Positions 24,301-35,662 of a stretch of DNA of 64,000 nt are shown piece after piece. Position 1 is the stretch's first letter, and each line of letters opens with the position of its first letter. The DNA comes from Cyanophora paradoxa CCMP329 (lineage: Eukaryota; Plantae; Glaucophyta). Below the pieces are notes generated by a model, which was given only the letters and a program-made list of their open reading frames with translations, ran no database searches and was not told the DNA's origin. A program made the translations under genes and the position numbers. The stretch lies in contig QPMI01000525.1 of assembly GCA_004431415.1 (NCBI GenBank), positions 1 to 64,000 on the forward strand, in the 5' to 3' direction.

Positions 24301-25322
24301 GTGGGGACGAGCGACGGAGGCGTAAGACTGCACGACGGGCGCACGGGCCGGCTGCTCCGCCGGCTCGCCGGCCACGCCAAGGCTGTCACTGCCGTCTCCC
24401 TCTCGGCGGTGCGCAAGCTTGAGAGGGACCCTGCAAGACGTGCGGGGTTTTCCGCCCCGTTCGACTGTGGCACCGCAGAGCGGCAACCGCGCGCTCTCTG
24501 CGTCCGAAGACGGCACAGCGATCGTGTGGGACGACTGCCTCGGCGTCGAGATCGCGCGGCTCTCGGGCCACACGCGCGGCATATGCTGCGCGGTGCTCTC
24601 CGCGGACGGCCGCCGCGCGGCGACGTGCGACGGGCCCGCCGTGCGCGTCTTCTCCGCGACGACCGGCGCGCTGCTCGTGACGCTCCCGCGGGCCAACGCC
24701 CTCGAGTGCGTCACGGCGCTCGCCATCTCTTCGGTGCGAATTCCAGGCTTTCTTTCAATGCGGCGCTGATTTCGAGGTTTCAAATTCGCAACGCTGTTCG
24801 AAGGGCGGTTCGCGGCTCGCGACGGGATCCAGCGACGGACGGTTGGTCCTTTGGGACGCGGAGGTGCGATCCGATCCGATCCGATCCGATCTGAGCTCAG
24901 CCGACTCTGCTTGTCGCAGGCCGGCTCGCCGCTTGCCCAGCAGCGGGTGGGGCGGGACCAGATCCTATCTGTGGCACTCTCCGCCGCCGGCGACCGCCTC
25001 TTCTCCACGATGCGTACGCTATCGTTGAGCGGGCGCATCCACGTCTGGGACGCCAACTCACCCGCCGAAGTGCGACCATAGCCAAATGCCGCGCGCCTAC
25101 CTCCATGCCGCCAACGAGGCCTATGTTTGAGATTGGGTCTGCAGGCGGGCGAGTCTGGCGAGGCGCACGCCCCCGGCCACTCGCTCGACGTCCAGTGTGT
25201 CGCCGTCTCGTCGGTGCGGCCCTCTTCCTCATCCAATGCCTTCAATTCAAATGTCTTCTGATTTCAAAGCAGGACGGGGCGCGCGTGGTCTCTGGCGGAC
25301 ACGACAAGTGCCTGCGCGTCTT
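17360..25322. repeat. Right arm of the inverted segmental duplication
   Basis: Reverse complement of 1-7840 with substitutions and intron indels. Confidence 0.95.
18374..19243. promoter_or_regulatory. Putative bidirectional promoter between the divergent TIR/beta-helix and NLR-like genes (duplicate at 5890-6725)
   Basis: 870 bp between two divergent ATGs; partly conserved in the duplicated arm. No specific motifs identified. Confidence 0.55.
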
Positions 25323-27210
25323 CGACGGCAATGGCGGCGCGGAGCTCAGGCGCATCCAGGTGCGCTCGCCATTAATTATATAATACTCGACGCTTTTACC
25401 GGCGTCGACGGGATTCACGCGCGCTCTGAGCTTGGAGATTATATGTCGCAGGTCGGAGTCGGCTCGGGCTCCGTCTGGTCCGTCTCGCTCTCGCCGGTGC
25501 GCAGTTTTTCGGAAATGAAGAAAGGAATGAATCCCTGACCTGCTCGCGTCTGACGTCCGTCGCGGCGCAGTGCGGGCGGTGGGCGGTCGTTGCTGCATGG
25601 GACTTCGTCGCTCGCATCTTCGACACCTTGACCGGCGTGCAAGTGCGCTGCGTGCACCCCGCCTCGCAGAAAGAAAGTTTATGTAAGTCTATATCTGAAT
25701 GATCGCGCTCGCAGGTCGGGCGTCTGAAGGGGCACGAGAAGGAGGTCCTCGCCGCTGCCTACTTTCCGGTTCGCATTTTCAGGAAGAAGCTTTGAACGGC
25801 TAGCTTTTACTTCAATGCGTGGTAATTGTAAGAAACCATAGTAGTTATAATATAAGCGTCCCTGTTTGTTCCTCCACGCTCGTCTAACGAATCTCCGCTG
25901 CTCAGGACGGGAATCGGGTGGTGACGGGGAGCCACGACCGGACGGTCCGCATCTGGGACGCGTCGAGGGGCGAGGAGCTGCGGAGGATTGCCGAGCACAG
26001 CGATACCGTCACCTCCGTCGCCGTCTCCCCGGTCCGCGTGTTTGGCTCGCTTCTCAGCTCCAGCTGAAGCTTTAACTGCCTAGGATGGGGAATGGCTCGT
26101 CTCTGGCGGCCACGACGGATGCGCGAGGATCTTCGACGTCGCCACGGGGCGCCAGGTAGGCAGACAGTTTTCAGTGTGTGTAGATGCTTATTTGTTATGA
26201 GCTAAGATGCGGGTTTTGCGATCGCAGACACATTTCCTCTCCACCCACAAAGCGTGGGTCGAATCCGTCGCGGTCTCACCCGTGCGCCCTCTGCTTTAGA
26301 CCAGAGTTCGATCAATTCGCGCGTTTGACGCGCCGCGCTTCGATCTCAGGACGGGAAGCGCGTCGCGGCGAGCTGCCGCGACGGAGGGATCCGAGTCTGG
26401 AGCGTCAACAGCGGCACCGAGCTTCTCCACGTGCGCTCGCTCGAAATTACGTGTGATTAAACCTCGCTCTGATTTGCGCGTTCTCGCAGATGCGGGGGCA
26501 CGTCGGGCCCGTGTGGTCCGTCGCCTTCTCGCCGGACGGCGCGTGGCTGGCCTCTGCCGGCGAGGACGGCACCGTCCGCGTGTGGGACGGCGCCACGGGC
26601 TCCGAGCTGCAGCGGCTCGCCGGCCACGCCGGCGCCGTCCGATCCGTCGCCGTCTCCTCCGTGCGTCGGCGTTTCGGCGCCTCTGACGTCGACCACGACC
26701 GAATTCGAATGCTCGACAGACGGACGCCGGCGCCCGCATCGTTTCGGGCGGCGCGGACGCCTCCGTTCGCGTGTGGGCGGCGCCGCCGCCGCTGCAGCCT
26801 CCGACGCGGGCGGGTGCAGAGGCGGGACCTGCACATATTTGCCCCCCGGTATGCTATACTTTCTTTCCGCACTTCAATCTGATCTGATCTGATCTGACCT
26901 CTTCCTCCTTTTCCCAGCGCTTCCTGTGCCTGCGGCGCATCCAGCGAACAACCAAGCTCGAGATGTCCAAAGTTAAGGTGCGATTAATTGGTGGCCCTCG
27001 AATTCAACTTGCAGCCTTTCCCTCCCAAGCTTTTATATATAGATATCAATAGACCTTGCATGGCGATCGCATAAGCTTCAGCTTGAGGGCGATTCTTCTG
27101 CCGGGCCGTGGATTGACCGCTGCTCGCGGCAGATGGATGCACCGAGCTCGAGCTTGAGCTCGAGCTCGAGCCCGCCGAATTCGAAGCCTCATGCACATAT
27201 GCCAGTCTAA
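19244..27210 (+). CDS. NLR-like protein, copy B: MGNSCG - degenerate TIR - NACHT (STAND NTPase) - pentapeptide repeat - 14 WD40
   Basis: ATG 19244; intron 19820-19890; TIR-like ~19906-20450; P-loop VLLLVGESG|ASKSTFL across intron 21151-21210; Walker B LVLLLDGYDEV ~21514-21546; FSHPSFQDFFASE ~23135-23173; pentapeptides ~23610-23810; 14 WD40 blades ~23830-26780 (e.g. RGHVGPVWSVAFSPDGAWLASAGEDGTVRVWD). The last exon and stop (27208-27210) are tentative. Confidence 0.88.
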
Positions 27211-27550
27211 TATTATTGATGAGCCCCGTGAGATTGCAATCCTGCAGGGTTGCCAATTGGCATTATTATTTATGTAACTACTAGGCTAATTGAGTCTACG
27301 TTACTAGGTTAGCGTTATCGCGATCGGAATCGTGATCGGAAAACTCGCCGATAACTTGGCGATAATGTATAAGAAGGATCTGGCCCAGTGGATTCTGGCA
27401 GTGGATGCGGATCCGAAGATTCCGATTCTTTTTCCGAACGGCTTCAAATTCAGGTCATGGACATTGATGATTGATGGGCAATGATATCGATGGCCCGCTG
27501 GGCCGCTCGGACTCCTCGCCGACTCGACGCCGAGTCCTCGGAGCCTACTA

Positions 27551-27814
27551 CCGTGTGGCACTATAATACCGCGCCCACTTAATTACCGCGGTACCAAATT
27601 ACCGCGTCGAGAATTTGTAATTTAACGCGGTAATTTGGTACCGCGGTAATATGCTGCAGCCAAGTTGCTCCATACAATATCCCCCACGATTACCGCCCCA
27701 TACAAGCCTCAAGTTTGTTAAAACGCGGTAATTTGGTACCGCGGTATTTTGGCCACCCTCGGGCCGGAGTTTTTAACGCGGTAATTTATGCCGCGGTAAT
27801 TTAGTGCCACACGG
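27551..27814. mobile_element. MITE (264 bp) with CCGTGTGGCACTA terminal inverted repeats, Tc1/mariner(pogo)-like ends
   Basis: ccgtgtggcacta at 27551 and tagtgccacacgg ending at 27814, with imperfect IR extending to ~35 bp. Flanked by TA on the left and CA on the right. Multiple internal (a)attaccgcg / cgcggtaat(t) motifs. No coding capacity. Confidence 0.75.
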
Positions 27815-28691
27815 CAGGCTAGTCGGAGGGAGGCTCAGGGAGCCCCCGCTCCTCGTTGATGGCCATGGGAGTTTTCGGGCAGATTTCAGACATCAATTTA
27901 TGATGGACCATTGATGATTCGATCTTTCGGGGCCCGGGGGAATTTCAGATCGCGATTCGATTCGTCCGCGATCTGAAATGACACTGATGATGACAAGCCG
28001 TGAGCCTGCGTGAGGATCCGATGACCGTGAAAAAATATATGCTCGGATAGGTCCGGCCAGGCAGGGAGGGGGTTGCCCCCCTCCCCACGCGCCGCTGTTT
28101 CCAGCGGCTCGGCCGGACCCTATAGCTAGAGGATCCGATGATCCGATGATCGTGACTCCATTAATATTCAATGATTCTGGCCCGGGAGCTGGCATGTTCA
28201 TGCGCCACCTGCCGCGGCCGCCGGCTGCTGGCCAGCGGCGGGCCGCCGGCGGCCATGCACCGCGGACAGCGTAATCACTAATCAGTATCAGCGTTCACGG
28301 TTTACGCGGGAATTCAAAATTACGCCTGCGTTTGCAGTACTAGTCAACTTTGCACCGCTGATTATGAGTCAATTAATGACTCGAATTTTATGAGCTGCAG
28401 ACTGCAGTATTTTAATCAAGTTAGCGTTTACGGCCGGACCAGCTGCAATCTGCAAATTACACACAAAAGGCTGCAATTACATGTACAGCAGCCTGTAAAT
28501 TTCTTTCTCTACGTACTGGTTAACGGCAGGATCGGAATGGGGGTCACCGGGTGCGGGGGAGCTTGCCCCCCTGCTTGTATAACATGCGAATGTACAATGC
28601 ACGTGCGTATACGGTCCATGCACCAAGGCACATATTTACCAGTACGTGAGCTCGCTAAAAGAAAGCATCCGTCTACGTCGCGCCGGGCAGT

Positions 28692-28872
28692 GGCAAGGAA
28701 TTCGAAGGGGGGCTCGTACAGAGTCGTACTGTCACAGTGTAAAACACGAAATCTCCGACGGCACTTAATCATTGAATATTCGGCGCTTTTCGGCGTTTTC
28801 GGCGCTACTCGGCGCTTTTCGGCGCTTTTCTGCAAGGAATTCGAATATTAAAGGGGGCTCGTACTGTAAAAC
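28692..28872. repeat. Direct repeats gcaaggaattcgaa...gggggctcgtac...tgtaaaaca enclosing ~5 tandem ttcggcgctt units
   Basis: Copies start at ~28693 and ~28832; 10-bp tandem array at 28779-28830. Resembles transposon subterminal repeats. Confidence 0.7.
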
Positions 28873-31800
28873 AATGTACATGTTCAGATGTCTGGCAGCT
28901 GGCAGAAGAGGGCTGTACGGATGTGTTGCCATGGCTGTACGCATGTGTTGCCAAAAATATGATGACGACAAAACCACAATTTCGGCGCATTTTTCGTATT
29001 TTGCCTAAATAAATTCAGACTGGATATTGCATGTTTTACAGTATGTATATTGTGATTTCAATTTGGCCTCTACGGGCGGCGGAAACGCATCAGCGCTGAG
29101 ACATCTGAACTAGCACGTACACTATATGATTGAGTCATCGATATCGGTTGTACAGACCCTGAACTGGGCCACAACTGGCACGTGCACTATACATATCATA
29201 ATACGTATACTCTGCCAGAGTGCAAATTAGATTTGGATCATGCCCCACCTTGCCTGTATACGCCCCCACAGTGCTGGAGTAGACTAGAGGCTGTGGCCGG
29301 TAATTCACCAAAAACAAATTAGATTTGGGCTGGATAATATATATTTTATTAATTATTAGATGTGGCTTGGGAGTTGCCGGGTTGGTGCTCCAGCCGCTCC
29401 GTTTCCGTGTCTGCGATCGGGATTAACCTCTACCTCGGTTTCTGGATCTGGAGAGGAGCGGGCCGGGGTCGAATTAAAAACAAACGTACGTAGCCGCTAG
29501 TGTGCTCTGTGACGAGTGCTCTGTGCGAACAAATCTGCGCATTAATATTGTCATGTGAGAGAAGCTCGATAAAAGGCACATATATATGCGTTGAGATCAC
29601 TGCAGTTGCGATCGCGAGCGGACCGAGAAGATGGTGGATCATTATTATCGTCTGCAATTGTTGAAAGCGCATCTATGTGGTAAGAAATTCGTGTACATGT
29701 TTCGAAGTGATTGCAAGTTGCAGTCGGTCTGCAAGCCGCACCAAGAGAGCTGTTGACATTATTTCGACGACGTTGCCGGAGCTTGATCTGCGAATCTCGA
29801 CTAGCTGAAAGCGCACGAAGCGATCACGCAATGACCGGTGATTTTCACGATTGGGATCCGGAGCCTTGGACAATAAGGATCCAAGGAAGGTCCCGGCGAA
29901 CACAGCGGTACCCCGGGCCACCATGAAGAAAGTTTCAAACGTGACGTGTGCCCTGAATATGTTTACAAGATGAGAGATCTAGAGCAGAGGGCTGCTATAA
30001 TCATGACTGTGACTGATATCGATACGCTTTCACTCACCGAAGGACGTTCAAGTCAATGTTTGCGCCGGCTAGTGTGAAGAAGGGAATGAACACCCATCTG
30101 GCGACCTGCTCTCGCGTGCGGCGCGGTGTTGATGATTTTCATCTTTGCCGCCAGAAGGGTGTTCAAATTACATGAGAGAGGTGGCGTTTGAGTTTCGCAG
30201 CGTGCGAAGTTACGTTCGAGACGAAGGCCCCTGCGACAATGAACACCTGAAATCCAAACCCGCGGACGTCAATTCATCACCCCGAAAGCTTATTAATTAC
30301 GATCTAGACACTAAAAGCGATTTCAAGTACCAGAAGTGGTTCTATATCAATAGTAAGTGGAAGCGTATGGCGTTCGGAAGCTCGAACAACGGCATCCGCT
30401 GCGGCGTAGAAGAAGCATCCCACGGGCATCTGCGTTATCGAATGAAAATATATATATTTCTAGACCTCTCCACACGGTCTCAGCTTTGAGCGATGCATAC
30501 CACGAGCCAGAGAGCGCGGAGCCTGCCATAGGCGATCGCGAGAAGCAGCTTAAATAGGAGCCCCATGCCGAGCCTGCAATATCAGGAGGCGTCACTGGTG
30601 GTACAAGGAAACGGGTGCGCATGCACACACACAACTTGGCATACCCAATTACAAAGGACACTGCCATTCTGTACCGGATCCGGAGAAGAATCGTCGTGTG
30701 GTATATAAATGAAAATCGAAGGAAGGGAGAACGGAGCCGCGCGCATGTGAGAAATGAGAAAAAGAAAGCATCAGATCCTCGAGCTTGCACCTCATTGAAA
30801 GCACGCCTGTTCGCAGATCTCTGAAGCCTCGCCCTGCCGTAGTGCGTATCGCTCTTCAAATGTTTGCCGAGTCGGAGCACTGCGCATGCAATTCTAGATC
30901 TTTATTGAATTCAAATCCATATGTACGTATACATTCTGCCTTGTGACCCCACGCCGCGCGTGCACCGCGCCGTCGCGCGCCATGCCATTATTATAAGATT
31001 CATTATCACGTAATCATACGCACCAGCAACGCAGGTCGCCTTCGTGGGTTCTTCGAGAGTAAACGTGAAGAAGATTAATCCGATCACATCGCCTGCGCAC
31101 GCACCATGCAAATACCGATGGTTTCAGTTTCAGAGGCGCTCTCGAAAAGCGGAAGCAATCGCGGAAGCAATCCCCAAATCAAAGCCTTACAAACAACAAT
31201 TGCGCCCTGCGAGCAACACGCATGTCGAAAGTAAAGATTCTGGATTTCGGCCCGGAAATTGTTTTAAAAGCGATCGGAGCGTACCAAAATTGCTTTTGTA
31301 ATGGGACGTCGGCCTTTGGACTTGAGCTCTTTCATCTGGGTAATGAGAAGATCCCGCATTAAATATTCAATGCGGAAACTGGAATATGTATTGTGCTGGA
31401 ATGTGTTCCAGCGCTGCGAGATCACTGAGCGCTCGAACTAGATCGAGATCGATTGCCATGGTGTTGCGTTGCGATATATACATTTATGACAGATCTAGAA
31501 TGCGGACTGCGCACCTGATTAGGAGAAATTGCATGTAGCTCATTGCCAAGTTGATTTTGCCCGCGGCCGGCTCTCCGGATCCGTTCATCGATATCGTAGA
31601 TCTAGATCTAAAGTTGTAATCACATGCATATTATATGCACTGCGGCATATGCATATGCGCATGCACATGCATTTATGCGTCTTGCGCTTGCGCGGTTATA
31701 GCTGTAAATACATATATATGTGGCGCCCGGCGCGCGTCCGACCGGCGTCGTCGATCGCGATGGTCGACAAGGCTCGAGTTATCCAAATGTCACAGGCCTA

Positions 31801-32700
31801 GGGCCGCTGGCAATCTCTAGCTAGCTAGCTATACATGTATTGCAGTGCTATATATAGCTAAGGTAGCGCAAGCGCTCGAAGGTACAGTGCAAGCCCGCGG
31901 CCGATGATCAAGCCCAGTGCAAGGCAATCCTACTAGGGCCTACCGGGTACTACGGTAGTACCGTAGTACGGAACTGCCCGCGCGGGCCGAGGGCCGGCCC
32001 GGCGGGCCCCGCCGCCCGGGGCCCGGCCCGGGCCCGGGGGCCCGGGGGCCGGGGGGTGCGGGAGTCAGCGGGACTCGGGACTCCGGGACTGTCACAGTGT
32101 CAGCCTGGCAGTGTGCAGTGATGAGTCTCTAATTTATAATACAAAATAATACTCATTTATATAATTATTATAATAAACATTACTGTAATAGTCCCAGGGC
32201 GGCAGTTATCGATAACAATAAAATAACCGGGGGGGATACAGGCTACAAACACTCTAAACGCTGCGTAATTCATGCTTAGCAACGCCTACGTCAAAAAGAA
32301 ACGATGCGCAGCAAGCTATAAGAGTCGTACAGCATCTTTGGCGTTCCGGCAGGTCGCCCGCCCGCCCGTCCAGCCACGGGGGTACAGTGGGTACGGCGCC
32401 TCCCTCTGGTGAAACCACGGGAATTTAGATGTCTGCATTCTGAAATCCACAGTATAATAGCTTAGGCGATGTTCTTATCCCTTTTCTAACGTTTTCGAGC
32501 TGTACTGTGAGGTGCGGGGGGGCCCTCTCTATGGAGCGTTATTTATAATACGCTAATCGTTATAAAAATATTATATAACGTTAGTGTAATATTATAATAA
32601 AAGTGCGGATTTTGGCCTAATCTGTAATCCCATCACTGGCAGTGTGAGCCTCAGTGTGAGGTCGAGTCGGCACTGACTCGGCAGTGACTCGGCACTCGGC

Positions 32701-32865
32701 ACCGTAATGCAGAAAATTAAGGTCTGTACTTTATTATGTCATCCCCAAATTATGTCGCCTCGGATGTGAGAGAACGACATAATTTGGGACCGTCATAGTA
32801 GAGCACGCTCAGTGGTACCCCATCAAATTTACCGTCCCATGCAAGCCTGAAAATAATTTGGGGAC
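32701..32865. mobile_element. Degenerate fragment related to the 27551 MITE family
   Basis: ccccatcaaatttaccgtcccatgcaagcct resembles cccccacgattaccgccccatacaagcct (27681-27709). Contains a 14-bp hairpin cccaaattatgtcg / cgacataatttggg. Confidence 0.45.
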
Positions 32866-32889
32866 TGTCACAGTGTCAGTGCACGTGTG

Positions 32890-33420
32890 AGCTCGAGTCG
32901 GCAGTGAGTGCCAGTGACTCGCCGAGTCGGCACTCGGTACTCGGAATTAGTCGGGAGTCGCGAATCGCGATCGGGCCCGGCCCGCGGGGAGTCGGCAGGG
33001 AGTCGCCGGGGACTCGGCCGCCGGGCGCCGGGCGGGGACTCCCGGCTCCGAGGGCCGATGCTCGGGAGTCGGGAGTCGGGACTCGGGACTCGGGACTCGG
33101 GACTCGGGAGTCGGGAGTCCGAGGTCGCGATCCGATGATCGGGACTCGGGACTCGGGCCCGGGGAGTCGGGAGTCGGGACTCCGGTACTACGTAATACGT
33201 ATATACGGTAGTCGGGACTCGGGAGTCGGGAGTCGGGACTCGGCCCCGAGTCGGGACTCGGGACTCGGGACTCGGGGAGTCCGACGGTCGGGACTCGCGA
33301 TCGGGAGTGAGGACTCTGGGGACTCAGTGGGGAGTCGCCGAGTCGGGACTCCGGGAGTCGGGAGTCCGACGGTCACCGACTCGGGCCGAGTCGAAAGACT
33401 CGAAACTCGAGTCCGACGGT
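32890..33420. repeat. Degenerate 7-bp satellite alternating GGGACTC and GGGAGTC
   Basis: Dozens of gggactc/gggagtc units, e.g. 33061-33120 and 33211-33300. Confidence 0.9.
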
Positions 33421-34603
33421 CGAGATCTAGAGGCGGGCTCAGGCGGGCCTGCCGCCTGAGGCGGCCCGCGGCCCGCCGCCCAACGCGTACGTGCGGGCCG
33501 GTGCGGCCCAAGCAACATCGCGGAATCGACGCGACGCGGATTAAGTTATATTCGAATTCGCGGTTATATCGCACTACTGTAGTATATATGTACGTAGCTT
33601 GCGCCGGGGAATTTGAATTCAAGCCGGATATTTGCTCGATCATATGTATATGGTTTTTTTGAGAGACTACGTACGGTGGGGCGAGATCGAGCACACCGTA
33701 GGAAGTAATATTACTAGCTATAGCTATAGTTAATTATAAGCCTTGAAGAGATACCCGTAGGGCCGTAGCTCATGTTGGGTCGACAATTGCGCTGAAACTT
33801 CACTCGGAAAATCACCTGAAAATTGGGCTGAAAAAGGCCTGAAATTCAATGACTCGTTTTGTCCGACGCGTGCTGTCACGACTTCGCATCGTGAGTCGCG
33901 GCGTGACGCGGCGTGAGTCGCGTCGACTCGCGAATCGCGATCGGCGATCGCGACGTCGACGTCGCGGGGTCGAGTCGATCGCTGATTCGCTGTCGACGTC
34001 CGACGGTCGACCAATGACGACCATATGCATCGGATCGTCTGACCCGGTGACCGTCGGACCGTGGGCCGTGCCACGGTTGGCGTCGGTGGCCCGTGGGTCC
34101 GTCAGTGACCGTCACGGTCCGTGACCGACCGTCGGCCGCGGACGTCACCGTCACGTCGGACCTTTAAAAAATTTGTTCTGACTCAGTGAATTTTCCTGAA
34201 CAGGAGGTACGATCTTTGCAAGTTGTTCAGAATCTTCGGATGAATTTCAGCCGGCCCGGCGGGCTTATTATTCACCGAGTCAATGATTGCGCATCCGGGC
34301 GATGATCATGATCATGATGCGGGCCATCATGCGGCAAGTCGCCGGCAACTGGAAATGCAGCGGCAATGCTGCGGGCCTGCGGCATATGCGCAATGCGCAT
34401 GCATGCATATGCCGCAGTGCCGCAGTGCCGCAGACTCCCGCAGTGCGGCCGCGTGCCCGGCGGCCGCGGGCCGCGGCCCGCGCGCCATAACTTGCAATTG
34501 GCCCATAACTTGGCCATAAGCATGCCATGACGTCGACTCAGTGATCATGATGCATTCTAGTATATGCGGGCCAAACTACTACTGTAGTATTATGATACTA
34601 TGA

Positions 34604-35170
34604 TACTGTGGTGTAATATTAATGCGGCCCATCGCCGCCGCCCATGCTGCGTTATCAAATTTGGACGCTTGTATACGCGTACGTATGGGGCGGTAAATTT
34701 GGGGGGTACTGTATGGGGCAACTTCGCACTGCGGGCTTAGTCTGCGCGGCGGCAGTTGACGGTATCTCTAGCTTTAGCTCTTCTTCGTGTCTGTCCTCCT
34801 CTGTCACTAGATCTAGATCTGCTCGGTCTGGTTCGCTTCTCATCTCTTTTCGATCTGCCTCTGTGCCTTTCCTCTTTTATTGTCGATTTTGGCTTTTTGT
34901 CTTGTCATTCTTCGTCACGGCGTGCTTTTGTCTTAGTTACTTTGCTTCTTTTGTCCCTGTGCCCCCTGGGCAGCCCCCGCAGTGCTGGCGTCTAGAGACC
35001 GTGGCCGGTAATCATAGTAATTCACCAAAAAAAGTCTACGGCAGCAGGTTATTACCGCGGTACCAATTGCAAATTACGGCGTTATTATGATGCATGATTA
35101 ATATTTCGGCGCGCTTATTTGGTACCGCGGTGATTATAATCAATGATTAAGTGGGCGCGGCGCGGTATGT
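34604..35170 (-). mobile_element. Longer, diverged, inverted member of the 27551 MITE family
   Basis: Reverse complement of 35041-35168 matches 27566-27660 and that of 34650-34725 matches 27661-27725, with ~310 bp of extra internal sequence. Confidence 0.65.
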
Positions 35171-35662
35171 ATGTTTTCTAGATCTACAGTATATGCATGG
35201 CCATGGCCCATGGGCCATGGACCCTAGCGGCTGGCCCCTGGACAGTGACCGACGGTCTTACTAACAGCCTAGCCTGGCAGGCTGGCACTGCCAGGCTGCA
35301 GCTACGGCCGCCGGGCAGTGAGATTCTATATACTTTTGATATAGCTATATATATGTAGCTAGCAGTGCCTAGCACACAGCCCAGCAGTGCATCCGACGGT
35401 CTACAAGACTACAGCGAACGCGCACGAGCTCTAGCTCAGCGGCTATATATAGATCGTATCACTCATATCCATATCCTTAAGCTTCAGTGGGGAATTTCGA
35501 AGGGGAAACTCGCGATCGGATCGGATCGGAGCGAATTCGAAGCACCGTACGCGCGCGTGGCAGGCGCACCGCAAATTAAAGAGAAAGCAATATATAAAGA
35601 CAGCCGCTGAGCAGTATTAGCTCTAGCGTACGTATTACGTTACTCTCGGCCTACATATAGAT

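Noticed and set aside
29400-31400. Possible decayed transposase (weak CEQ motif near 31208)
   Set aside because: No convincing catalytic motifs could be assembled; left unassigned.
32904-33662. 252-aa ORF with RDSG/RESG repeats
   Set aside because: By-product of the 7-bp satellite.
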